From: Marsupella aquatica
Taxonomy: Eukaryota > Plantae > Marchantiophyta
NCBI GenBank assembly: GCA_973895155.1
Contig: OZ316895.1
Coordinates: 11,306,858 to 11,370,857 of the forward strand
Reading direction: 5' to 3'
Length of the DNA: 64,000 nt
Position numbers and translations under genes: made by a program. This document shows positions 1-12,148 of the stretch, piece by piece. Each line of letters starts with the position of its first letter. Positions within the stretch are counted from its first letter, which is position 1. Below the pieces are notes generated by a model. The model did no database searches. It had not been told where the DNA came from and saw only the letters and a list, made by a program, of their open reading frames with translations.

Positions 1-1
1 T

Positions 2-996
2 GTTTTAGTACTTTATGTGGATGATATGCTAATTGCAGCCAAGGATAGGTCTGAGATTGTTAAGCTCAAGGCACTGCTTAGTGCAGAGTTTAAGATGAAG
101 GACTTAGGGCCAGCTAAGAGGATTTTGGGTATGGAGATCACTAGGGACTTGGAGGCTGGCAAGCTATGGTTGACGTAGAGCAGTTATGCGAGGAAGGTAA
201 TTGCAAGGTTCAACATGGGGAATAGCAAGCCAGTAAGTACCCCGTTGGCTCCACACTTCAAGTTATCATCAGCGTTCTGTCCTACGAATACACAGAGAAG
301 GGGTTGATGTCAAAGGTTCCGTATGACAAGGCAGTGGGGAGTCTCATGTATTTGATGACTTGCACTAGACCTGATCTTGCCATGGCTATGGGCAAGGTGA
401 GCAGGTACATGTCGAATCCAGGGAAGGTACACTGGGAAGCAGTGAAGTGGATTATCAGGTACTTGAAGGGTACCGTGGATCATGGTCTTTTATTTGATGC
501 GAATGCAAAGAATGCTAGATCATTGATTGGCTATGTAGATTCTGACTATGGACAAGATTTGGACCGAAGGAGATCAACAACAGGATACGTGTTCACACTT
601 GGCGGTGGATGCATAAGTTGGAGGTCTACTTTGCAGAAGTGTATTGCTCAGTCTACTACAAAAGCGGAGTATGTTGCAGCTGCGGAAGCAGCAAAGGAAG
701 TGATTTGGTTGGATAGACTTATCACTGAAATGGGATTGCCACAGGGGAATATGAAGCTCCATTGTGATAGTCAAAGTGCACTCCACCTTGCTGTGAACCA
801 GGTGATGGACAGCAGAGTGAAGCACATTGACGTCAGGTACCATTTTATCAGGCAGGCTGTGTTTGATAATTTGTTTGAGCTAGTCAAGATTGATGGTAAA
901 CTCAACCCGGCTGACGCATTTACCAAAGTGATTCCTTTGGAGAGTTTCTCTAGACACCGTGACGTATTGCAGGTTTTGCAATTGCATCACAAGTAG
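2..996 (+). pseudogene. copia pol (RT-RNase H) remnant
   Basis: In-frame TAG at 176-178 (WLT*S) and a frameshift near 290-303 before ORF 304-996. Confidence 0.9.
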
Positions 997-1186
997 AGTT
1001 TTCTTAACATTCATTGTAATTACTGATATATGCTCTTGCTCATTCCTATGTATTAGGCTACGGCTTAGTTCTGATTTGCTCTAGTTAGAGAGGGAAACCG
1101 GTTTGGTTTTTGTCCAGAACTTCCCGCTGAGGGATCATATACATTGGCAGTATTACTCTCCCCTAGACCAGAGTCAAGGGGAAGAT

Positions 1187-1589
1187 TGTTGGGTATTTAC
1201 TCTTACATCTAGGTTAGGTATGACGTGGTTGGTACAACAACGTGGGTTGGTACAACTACGTGGGTTGGTACAACTACGTGGTTAGATACAACTACGTGAT
1301 TAGGTACAACTATGTGGTTAGGTACAACTAAGTTGCACACTATATCATAAGAGGCATGTGTGCTTGGAGAGGTAGAACCAAGGCTCATTGTTATGGAGCC
1401 ACTTGAGAGATAGGGAGAGCTTACACTGTGGAGACTCGGTATAGCCGACGGGCTTAGAGTTCAATAAAGCTCTCTTGTGTGTTCCCGTGGACGTAGCCTC
1501 AAGGAGGTGAACCACGTATCTCTTGTGTCGACTATTATGCGTTAGATGGTTCATGGGCTTGCCGTTGCAATCGTCGTCTATGCTCAACA
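1187..1589 (+). repeat. 3' LTR of copia A (~403 bp) with an internal ~18-bp tandem array
   Basis: TGTTGGG...CTCAACA termini directly after the PPT; (TGGTACAACTACGTGGGT)-like units at ~1225-1331; homologous to the solo LTRs at 24487 and 43979. Confidence 0.9.
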
Positions 1590-3745
1590 GTTTCGCGAGT
1601 TTTTATTTTACATGTCTTAGGCGAGATACACTGAGCATCGGACTAAGTCCCATGTTCAAGTTTGCAGGACCGTTACAGGATGTTTTGCAAATAAATGATG
1701 TTTTGGTGCAAGTTTATCTTGCACGTCTCTATTATACATTATGCAGTGCTCCTGCCCTTGATGGTAAGCCACAGTCAGCAATCACCAAACCGTGTGTCAA
1801 TTCATCGTGTAAATTCATCATTCAGAACTGTCATTTTACTCTAGGCAAACTTGTGAATGAACTTCAGTAAAAAGAACTTGTACTTAAGTTCCTTACTTGT
1901 TTGTGTAGAGAGCCGGACTTAAAATCTCACTTCAGTACTATTCTTTATCAAGCTTTTTTTGGATCCAAGCGAAAGGGTATGCTTTGAAGCCATAATGTGC
2001 ATTCTTGGGAAGGTCAAAGGGAATGAAAGGTACGACATATGCTTGTTGACACAATCTGGCAGACTTGACTGTTCCTACTTTGTTTTCCATGTGACGTTCC
2101 GTAATTCAAATTTTCTGTCATGGTTTCACTTATATGAAAAAGGAATCCCTTGATTGATTTGTATATAGTGGATGTAGTACTATAGTTTTGAGTCAGCCTG
2201 CCAGGTCTATGCTGTTGATAATTTTTTATCTGGATTCATTTGACAGGAGAGGTAATTGAGTCTTCATGTGTAATTTGCTTTTCTCACATAATTGTTGGGT
2301 TCACAGGATGGAGTCAGCGTCAAGAAGAAACTCAAGGCCGGTCCTTCATGGGGCAGTAAGGGTTGTGCAAGAGATAGGAAAGAGCCGTGCAGCAGCTTTT
2401 GCTGTTGGCCTTTGAATAGATGAATATGCTCATGTTGAGGTTTCTGTGGAGCAGCCTGTGCCAGCTGGCAATTTTTTGTCTTCAGACTGAGCAAAAGGGT
2501 AGTTAGTTGCAAATATGTTCTGGCAGTGAGGTCTTTCAAAGGTTACCACCGGTGAATGTCTCCAACCGGCTGTGGTATCTTCACATGTTGACACTTTAAT
2601 GGAATTAGGTTATCTCTAGAAACAATCAAACAAAACTGGCTGATAAAGCAAGACTGGGAAATACTATGTAGTTTAGAGGAACAAAGTTTATTGAAATAAA
2701 GTTTTCCCTTTCTCCTTACTTTAACTTCTATAAGAATTTTGTGGAAATCTTTCACTGCTTATTTTGGTTAAGTATTTCCTCCAAAGTTTTTGAATTCAAA
2801 AGTTTTTTAAGCTTATTTGGTCAAAAATTTATGACAGTTATATATGTGTAGTTTACACACCAATTATAGATGGAACATAAGGTTTATATCAAATAAATTA
2901 AAATGTCAATAGCAAATCTACATCAAAAGTATATATGTTTCATAATGTAATTAAATGAAATTTCAGCATTGCATATACATTATTCAGATATAAAATAGAT
3001 GAATTTGTTATAGCATATTAAGATGGCATGGTGTCATGCATAAAACATAAATTGGACATAGCCATTTGTAGCAATCACTCCTATGTCCAATCGATACAAA
3101 ACAAACAAAATTTCAGTTTTGTGATGCATGCTGCGTGACCAACCAAGCTTGGTTAGGAGGGCATGTAACGTGTCGTATCAAGCCTTCAAAGATTGCCAAA
3201 GACCATAGAGAGAATTATTCAGGAGACAAACCAAATGTTCTTTACCCCGAAGACGATGACCAGGAGGTTGTCGCATATAAATCTTTTCATGAACTTTGCT
3301 GTTGAGAAATATTGTATCAACGTCCATGTGAATTATAGTCCAGCCATGAGAAGCTGCAATGGCAGTGATGGTGCGAAGAGTGACCCATTTAACCACGGGA
3401 GCAAAAGTCTCAAAATAATCAATGCCATGTTGTTGATAATTGCCTTTAGCAATGAGACAAGCTTTGAGGCGAGCATGTGTAGCTGAGATGGGCTTCCATT
3501 TGTAAACCCACATAGACGGAATGACCACTTTATTGGGAGGTCATTCAACCAAAGACCAAGTGTTAGTGTTGTGGATGGAATCAAGTTTTTCACCCATAGC
3601 CGCAGGCCAGCTTGGATGTAATAGGGCCTGTTTGAGAGAAATATTGTCACTGACACTCGGATTGTCAGTTTTGATAGCACAAGCTGAAAGTTCAAGTGGA
3701 GGTGGTTGAGCATGGAACCCAAGAAGTCAATAGTTGTGGGAACGA

Positions 3746-5099
3746 TGTCCGGGTGACCGTGTTTTCTGGTAAGAGCATGTTGGCTTTTATGAAGTTAACC
3801 TTGTATGCCCATAAGTTCTACACTAAAACCAAAATGATAACTCTTGTAAGAAGGGTGGTGGGTATTAAGAAAGGTTCAGGTGAAACTAATATATTATTAA
3901 ATCCTACTTCACCATACTTGCGGATCAACACATCTTGGAAACTAATTTTTCTATGACATACAATCCTAATATCTCCAAGAGAAAATGAAATATGAATGTC
4001 ATCTGGACTCCTATTTAGATCCATGACTTCAATAAAGGACAAAGATAATGCACTCCCACTTCTCTCGGTAAGACACTACTGGGTATACTATTGGCTCATT
4101 AGAACTCATAACAGCAGTTGCAAATTGAGCTCCAAAGTGATAAGTTAAATGCTGCTTCATGGATGACTTGTCTAAAAGATGGACTCTAACCAAAAATGGG
4201 TTACAAAGAGAAAGATTAGGGATATCTCTACCTCTTGGATTCATAATGACTCTCTTATTCCTTTGCTATCCGGGCCAAAGAATGCCCCACCCCTAAGTTT
4301 CCAAAGAGACCTTGTTCCCTAAGGTCTCATCTATAAGTCTACCACTCATTTCTTTGCTATCCGGGCCAAAGGATGCCCCACTACTATGTACATAAGGCAA
4401 AAAATAGAAGAGAAAGATGAGAAAAAAAAAGAGGATCACTTCGACGTGAAAATTATCAAAATGTGGGAACGAGGAGAGAGTGTCCCTCATCACTTTATTT
4501 ATATTGAATCCAAGAGGGCATGGATTACGCCCAAACGCTTGGATGAAAGCCAAGTGGCACACATCCAACGTAGAAATGTGTGCTAGTATTATTGCAATCA
4601 AAACAAATGATGCATGCAAGTAAAACGACTAATGCATGCACCAAAATAATTTTTGCATGCATGCACCTTGTGGCTTGCATATTTGCTCACCTTGCATGCG
4701 CATAAAACAACTAATGTATGCGCATAAAATAACTAATGCATGCGCATAAAACAATTTATGCATGCACCTTGTGGCTTGCACATTTGCTCACTTTGCATGA
4801 GCATAAAACAACTAATGCATGAAAATAAAATAATTTACATGCATCTAAAACAATTTGTGCATGCACCTTGTGGCTTGCACATTTGTTCACCTTGCATGCA
4901 CATAAAACAAAGTCTAATGCACGCAAATAAAACAATTTGTGCATGCATCTTGTGGTTTACATAGTTGCTTACCTTGCATGCCCATAAGTAATAGTCAAAC
5001 TATTTAGTTATCCCGTAACAAAATATAAACCTAACCTATATACTAAATAATATACTTAGTGATAATAATTTCATCATGAATAATTGAATTATCACGACA
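3746..5099 (-). mobile_element. Nested ~1.35-kb solo-LTR-like insertion in the copia B integrase-RT linker
   Basis: TGTCCG...CACGACA termini; flanks ACGA / ACGGA (imperfect TSD); removal rejoins PRRSGRLR to the downstream copia frame (SHNY*LLGFHAQ...WPAAMGEKLDSI). Confidence 0.6.
4608..4985. repeat. Complex ATGCATGC-rich tandem array inside the 1.35-kb insertion
   Basis: About 4 copies of (ATGCATGCACCTTGTGGCTTGCACATTTGCTCACCTTGCATG) interleaved with (CATAAAACAACTAATGCATG) subunits. Confidence 0.9.
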
Positions 5100-5274
5100 A
5101 CGGAGCCGGCCAGAACGTCTTGGGCCAGAAGTAATTGGAGCATCCGAGGTTGGAACCGCAACAGAATCAATAACCAAGTTATCGGGTGGTTGATCTAGAG
5201 GAGAGTCGTCCATATCTGGACCTGGAGCAGGAACGTCGGGGGTTGCAGCAACTGGAGTAGAGTGATCAAATCTC

Positions 5275-5511
5275 GGGGGGTCATTTCCATGGAAGTGGCA
5301 TATCATGTGCGACGAAGTATAGGGCCATTTAAATGGTTTTGGTGGAAGACTTATTAAGTCTTCTATGGAAATATAGGGTTGTTTAATTGCAACATGCATA
5401 CGTGTCATCACATGATTGGTGCCGTACAACTTTCTAGAAAGTGACTTAGGGGGGTCATAAATGACCCAAATGGTCGCACGTGATGTATGACCGTTCATAT
5501 AGTGACCCCCC
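5275..5511. mobile_element. MITE-like element with GGGGGGTCA...TGACCCCCC terminal inverted repeats (237 bp)
   Basis: TIRs visible directly; both ends are homologous, in reverse orientation, to the element at 24190-24854. TSD not resolved. Confidence 0.8.
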
Positions 5512-6671
5512 TGAGGATCAAATGAAGAAAGGTCCCCAAAATCAAGAGAAGTCGGGATTGGTCCAGCAACAGCAGAAATTCCAAGTTCAGTTTCATCAAA
5601 ACGAACATCTCTACTAATGAGGATTTTACGTCTAAGAGGTGAATAACAACGATAACCCTTGGTGTTGGAATCATAGCCAACAAATATGGCTTTAATTGAC
5701 TTGGGTTCAAGTTTGGACCGAAGGTGAGCACGAACATGTAAGTAAGCAAAAGAGCCAATGATACGTAGGTGACTAGCATCGGGTTTAACACCAAGAAGCA
5801 CCTCATAAGGGGTGGTCTTATATAGAGCACAAGTAGACAATGATTGATGATGTATGTAGCAGATGAAACCATTTCTTCCCAAAGAGTAGCTGGAAGATGT
5901 GCACCAAAACAAAGGGTACGAGCTGCTTCTAATAATGTACAATTTTTTGGTTCAGATACACCATTCTGGTGTGGGGTGTAAGCTGCAGTGAGTTGACGGA
6001 AGATGCCTTTTTCAGAACAAAATTGCTGAAAATCAGAGGAAAGGTACTTGCCACCCCGGTCCGTACACAAACAGCCAATCTGGGAGCAAAATTGATTCTC
6101 AACAGAAGCATTAAATTGCTTAAAAGAAGCAAGAACCTCAGATTTGAAACGGAGAAAGAAAGTCCAAGTATATCTTGTGAAATCGATCATCAGTGAACGT
6201 GAGAACATAGCGAGACCCAGTGAGAGACGGAACGCGAGCTGGTCCCCAAACGTCTGAGTGTACAAGCTCAAATGGTCTGGTGGTTTGTGTTTTGGTATGT
6301 TTAGTGTGACGTCGCCGGTATGGTGGCTAATAAATGATTCGGCCTAACCACGCTTAGCACGCGCAGTAGAGGTATCTTAGGCCGTAATTATTAGCATAAC
6401 GACAGTATTTAGGTAGCCATTATGAGTAGGAAATCATTAGTCAATAAGGGGCATTCGTGTTCGGGCTGGCGGCGGGTCGCCATTCGCACGCCCGGGTTGC
6501 GAACGTGTAATGGGCCCTCCCCTTTCCCCCTCGGGTCCGTATAACAAACTTCGGGAGGCGGCCACTAACACGAGCTGACCCGGACTGGCGGAGTGGCCGG
6601 TACATTGCAAGCATGAAAGGCTCGGCCTATAAGCGATGAGGAGGCGACGGGTGATCGACAAGCTCTCAAGG

Positions 6672-6678
6672 TATAAAA
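6672..6678 (+). promoter_or_regulatory. Putative TATA box of the 4-kb element
   Basis: GTATAAAAAGGGGG about 370 bp inside the left end, followed by a pyrimidine-rich stretch and then the ORF. Confidence 0.55.
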
Positions 6679-6946
6679 AGGGGGCCGATCCTTTGCAATG
6701 CACTAGTCAAAGTCCACGCGCCAGCTTCGACCCTAGTTCTCTTGCTTATCTTTAGTCGCCTTCCATCTCCTCTGAATGTCACACACGATCCTTTCCAGTT
6801 CGGCCATACGATTCTGGACGCAGTTTCTGTCTATCAGAGGGCACTTGGCCGACTCGTTGAAACACGCCAACCTACGACGATACAATATCAACGCAAATAG
6901 GAGAGAGCCATCCGCCTAGCAGGCCGCCATCACTATCTCCTTAACT

Positions 6947-9415
6947 TTGATTACCCGTCCCAGAGCGAGCTTTACAGACCCGAAGAAATATCAGGGTACT
7001 TCTTCAACGGAGGCAAATATATCAGCTTCTAGGAGGTATTGCTTCGGCTCCAATATCTTGGGCACGATCAACTTACAACGGCACCACTTTGACCACATCC
7101 CCGCTCGGGTCCGGGACATCATCAACAGCGAGTCCAGCGCTACCCGATCTACGAGGGCATCTACACTTGCATCAGAAAACCTCTACTGGCACCTACAGAA
7201 TTTCATGGCAACTACACCATCGACCGTCGGTGCCAGCCCAGCCATGCCCATACCCGCACCAGTCTAGGCTCAGGCTCAGTCTCAGCCTCAGCCTCAACCT
7301 CAACCTCAACCTAGCCGATCCCCACTACCGGTCGCCCCGCCAATACAAGTACGCTCCATCGTCAACGCTGTGGACCTCAGCGATGACAAAGACGATACCT
7401 TACCCCTGCTCAGGCGGCCTAGAGGAGCAAGCACCCAGGGAGCCGACACTACATCGCCCCTTCCCCAGGCCCGGACCCGAGTAGTGGCTCCAGCGGATAA
7501 CACGGTGACCGTAGCCTCCCCGACCCCAATACTAACGGCGGTGGCACTACCCATACCCGATCGGGAGGATGGGGAGGTGTCACCCTCCCCAAGCCATCAC
7601 GGGAGCCAGTCTCGGGGAAAGAAGAGGAAGGAACCCGCAGCTATATCCGGGCTACCCATGGCCACGGTAGCCACGGCCAAGGTAAAAATGCACCGCATCA
7701 GGGAAAACGTGCATAAGAACATCCTCCACCCCAAACATGCGGTGTACTTGAAGACTCAGGGGTTTGAGCACCTCGCCTCTCTCCCTTGGAATACCTGCAG
7801 ATACTACGGGGAGGACATGACGGAGTTCGTCAAGAATTATGACGACGTCCATCAGCATACTTGGCTGCGGGGGAGGAATATGTCCCTCACAGAGGAGCGG
7901 CTCAGGATGATCTTCGGGCTACTCGAGGGCGATCACCGAGTCAAATCACGGGCTCCCGGGGGCAAGGGAGCCAAGTACCAATCCTTGAGTTTTCCCTTCA
8001 AGGGGTCAGTGGACAACGGGTTCGTGATGAGGACCTACCTCATCCCCGAGATAGCTGAGCGGATGGAGTTCCAGAGGTACGCCCTCCACATGATGGAACC
8101 CCGGGGCGAGATCTCTGCTGCCCAGGTTATCGAGGTCGAGAACTATCGACCTAGGAAGTGGGCTTTGTACTTTGCTAAGAAGTTCCATGAAGAGATGGAG
8201 TGGCGAAGGAAGTCGCTATACATCGGCGGGAAGGCGTATTTCGCAAGCCACATCGAGATCATTCTCGAGTGGTACGCCCGGTTTGATCGACGAACCCTTC
8301 CCCGGGTCAACGTAACCAAGTTGGTCCCGACTAAGTGGATCTTCCCGGCCTTGGAGAGATGGCCTCAACCCAAGGCCCGAAGTCTGGCGGCGATGAAGGC
8401 CTCACCCATCCAACCTCCACAGGTAGTGGTAGCCGTGGCCGAAGAAGTACCGGAAGAGGTAGTGATCGCAACCTTAGACGTGATCAACTAGGCCGGGCCT
8501 GGTGCAGAGGTCAGGGCGGTGGAGGCCTTGCCCGAGCCTGAGGGTCCAGAAGACCCACCAGTGGCTCTTCCAGAGGACAGCCTGATGGTGGAGGAGGACA
8601 CTCTAGCCCCTTCCAACACTACATCCCCAGGACTAGATGTCACTACCCCGGCTCCCACGCGAGTTAACGTCTGCCCGTGTCCAACTCCAGACGGGCATAA
8701 CCTGGACCACCCGGAACTCTTCGTACCGGGTACATTTCTAAATGGGCTTTTGGGGGATTTCTCCCAACAGATAGCCCGGGATACCTGGGAGTTCATGGCT
8801 CGGAAGGGAGCCTACTTCTTCAATCAGGAGTTGGTTACCGTAGTAAAGGCAGGTCGGGCTCAGTCGGAGGCCCTTCAGTGGATAGAGCGGTACCGGGTTG
8901 AGTCCGTGTACCTAAAGGATGAAGTTGTGGCTCAAGAGGCTGAGCTTCTGCAACTACGACCCAAGGTTGCAGCCACCGATGAGTTGTTAGCAAATGCGCA
9001 TGCCCTTACCGCCTTAGCCAAACAGACCAAAGTCAGGAAGGAGGCCGAGATTGCATGGCTCCGGACCCAGGTTGACAGTTTGAAGAACCAAACTATCATC
9101 TGGCAGAAAGACCTAGAGGAGGCCGAAGAGCGGGCCTAGCATGACACTGCGGAGATTACCACCCTGCAGGCCGAAGTGGCATGGCTTCAAGCCAAAGCTG
9201 AGAAACAGACTCAGGTGGTGGACAAGCTGACGAGCAACGCCCAGCAACTGGAAGAGGCATGCCAGGAGGCAGCTGAGGAGACGGATGCGGCGAAGCAAGA
9301 AAACGAATCTCTATTGGACCAAGTCCAGCTCCTCAAGGTGGACAACGACAGACTCCGTAGGCAACGGGATGGCCGCTCCTACTCGGACGGATCTGGCAAG
9401 CGCACCAGACATTAG
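6947..9415 (+). pseudogene. Retroelement accessory protein: Pro/Gln-rich N-terminus, globular core resembling plant-transposon/PMD-like domains, C-terminal coiled coil
   Basis: ORFs 6947-7267, 7370-8491, 8519-9139 and 9176-9415 share one frame, separated only by single TAG codons at 7265, 8489 and 9137. Basic patches RGKKRKE and GKRTRH. True start uncertain (ATG at 6776 is in the same frame). Confidence 0.75.
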
Positions 9416-12136
9416 CGGAGGGTTAGGCTTAGAATAGACTTAGGAGTAACTAAAACAGGCTGGTAGGACAAGTGCCGGCCAGAAGATAGTGGCGCTGACA
9501 CATTAGCCAGCCTGTGTAGAATAGGTTAGACTAATAGGACAAGCAAGCACCAACTTAGCAAGGATATAAGTCAGCGTAGATTCGGGCACAAGGCCAGGCC
9601 AGTCCTCAGCCCTTAGTATTTAGCGGCCCCTCAGTAGAGGTTAGGGGAGGGGGATTTTAGACTCAGAGGTTGGCCATTTGCAGTACGCCCGGGGAGTCCC
9701 GAACTCGGTGAAGTGTCAAAGTGCCAAGGGGAGGGTATACGACTAAGCTCGTTGGGCGAGTGTGGAGCCGGGCTCCGTTGTAGTGTATACTCCTCGGCCT
9801 TGGGCCCGTTCGTTCACGAGGTGTCGGGTCAACCAATCATAAAGTGTATGATCGTAAATGAATGAAATCCTTTCTCCTTAATTCCTTCGTGTAAATCGAG
9901 ATTTCTGTTATGTATGAATGCATGTATGAGTCTCGTGTGCAAGTATCAACGCCGGGCCGAACACGTTATGCCAACCGTGCACGGGGTGCCGGATACGGGT
10001 ACGGGGTTGCAAGCCCTGGTTGAGCCCTTGTACTAATGGATCCGGATCGAAGGCGGTAACACGAAGGCTTAGAAGTCCGTGAGCCGGGGTCGACCCCGTG
10101 TCGACTAAGGTACGTTCCGGCGGCGGAACACAAACTATACCTAGGAGGTGTCTGTACATAATAGTAAGCGCACTTAGCGATAGTTTACGTGAGTTAGGAG
10201 CATTTTGTGCGTCCCTCCCTGCCCAAACCCTCATATTTACGAAGGATGTGCCTGTCTAAGCCAAAGCCCGGGTTAAGGCCTAGGCTGACGACGTAACATT
10301 TAGGAATCTGTTCACGAGTTTGCTTAGCTTCCATGTAGGTACAGCAAATAGTCATTACGGGTGATAGAAGAGGTACCCCATCAACCAGTTTGCTAGAGCT
10401 AATGTGAGATAACTTTTGGTAGTGAATGTGTCCAAGATGGAATGCCAAAGCTCTGCTTCAAAAGTTGTGGTAGTGACAATGTGACATTGCGGGTCCAAAA
10501 GACGGTTCGACTGCTTCGGTGGAGGTTTACGGACCAAGGTATATAGATGACTTATAGGGTCACGTATGCCTTGCAAACAAATTTGACGATGGTGATTGAA
10601 GACATGACACTCTAAGGATGTAAAACATATAATGTATCCTAGATCCGCCAAATTGCCAACTGAGAGCAGACTACGCCTAGCACGCGGCACATGTACAAAA
10701 CATTTGAAATTTTATTGTCATCAAAAATGAGGGTGCCCTTGCCCTTGATGTCCAAGGTGGTTCCTCTGGCAGCAGCAACAGAAGAACCGGAAGAAGATGG
10801 TACAAAGTTGGTGAGGCCAACTGAATCACCAATGAGGTGAGTGTTGGCTCCGGAATCAAAGATCCATTATGGATTATGAGGTGTTGCTAGAACTGACGTA
10901 AAATTGGCTTCAAGAACCCGAACAAGAACCTGGTCAACAGTGATTCCATTGTCAATCTCAGTAGCATCAAAGTATTCTTTGGTAGCTGTGTTGCACTGTG
11001 CAACATCAAGGTTTGTTTCAACGAGATTGGCAGTACGTCCAGGTCCAATATTGGCATGACCCATGCGAGCAGTAAGACGCTGGAGTTCAGATTCTAGACC
11101 ATGAAAAGGGCAGGTGCGAGCAATGTGCGTTGGATCACCACAAGTGAAACAAACAACACCGCCTTGGCCTACTCCAATAGCATTGTTGCATGCTGGAAAA
11201 CCTCGCCCCCTGCCACAGTGTTGTTGTAAGCAGGAAGATGACCACGTCCTCCTCTACCACCATATCCACCAAGGATGGGTCCTCGACGGTTGTAACCACG
11301 TCCACCTACATTGTTGGGACGTGCAAATTGTGGCTGGAATGTACGAGCAAAAAACGCTTCCTCTCCATGAAAAGAACGTGCTCCACGCCGTCCTTCTTCT
11401 TCCCTGACAAGATTCTCAATCTGAGAGAAAGTTGGCATGTTCTCCTGTCCTGCAAGAACAGCACCGAAAGTCTCCCAACTGGGAGGAAGAGCATCGATAA
11501 TAACACCTTGTAACTCTTCATCAGTGAAATTGACATCCAGAGCAGCAAGATCGTTAAGTAATTCATTCACAGCACTAAAGTTAGTGGTCATGGAAGCAGA
11601 TTCAGGAAAAGACTGAAAAGCTGCCGCTTGATCACAACATGACGAGTGGTGGTGTTGCCAGCACATGCACAGCAAAGTTCAGCCCACAATATTGTTGGAT
11701 CATTAATGCGGACATATCAAGCTAGCATCTTGTCCTCTATTGCCTTAGTTAACATGTACAAGGCCTTGTTCTGAGCCGTGCAACGCTCAGCAGGAGTAGG
11801 ATTGAGAGGATCATTCGGATTGATGATCATTCCTGGGAGATTCTCCCTCACCACGTACCAAATCCTCTCCTTGATAAAACTCTGCTTCATCTTATACGAC
11901 CATAATGGGTAGTTATTCCCATTAAGCTTCTTGTCCTTGGACATGGAGAAGTTCAAGTCCTGATTCATGGTGACCGAGTAGTATAGGGAGATAGTGTGTG
12001 ACAGCTATACAGGGAACTCTCACCTGTGACACAATACCTATAAAAAATCTCCAAAGCTAAAGCCTAAATGAGCGGTACTTACCAGCTCAGACTAAGAAAG
12101 AAGAAAGGCACAACCCGCAGGTGCTGTCCTGGGGAG

Positions 12137-12148
12137 GCTCTGATACCA
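12137..12148 (-). other. Primer-binding site (initiator tRNA-Met) of copia B
   Basis: Reverse complement TGGTATCAGAGC lies immediately inside the LTR end (...CCTACA). Confidence 0.92.

Larger units (their letters stand above)
1..1589 (+). mobile_element. Ty1/copia LTR retrotransposon A, 3' end (RT C-terminus, RNase H, PPT, 3' LTR); continues beyond the window start
   Basis: Frame from nt 2 reads VLVLYVDDML (RT YVDD). ORF 304-996 has copia RT/RNase H motifs (VGSLMYL..TRPDL, GYVDSDY, RRSTTGY, HCDSQSA, KHIDVRYHFIR, NPADAFTK). PPT-like AAGGGGAAGA precedes TGTT at 1187. Confidence 0.95.
6305..10298 (+). mobile_element. 3,994-bp TG...CA insertion (giant solo-LTR-like, probably gypsy-type) containing a decayed ORF
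   Basis: Perfect TSD TTTAG at 6300-6304 and 10299-10303; termini TGTGACGTCGCC / GACGACGTAACA (imperfect inverted repeat); excision restores copia integrase QIPK|HTKTQTTRPFELVHSDVWGP in frame; no terminal direct repeats and no gag/pol motifs seen. Confidence 0.9.

Noticed and set aside
1590-2760. Exon-like fragments between the two copia elements
   Set aside because: Multiple stops in all frames and no recognisable family.
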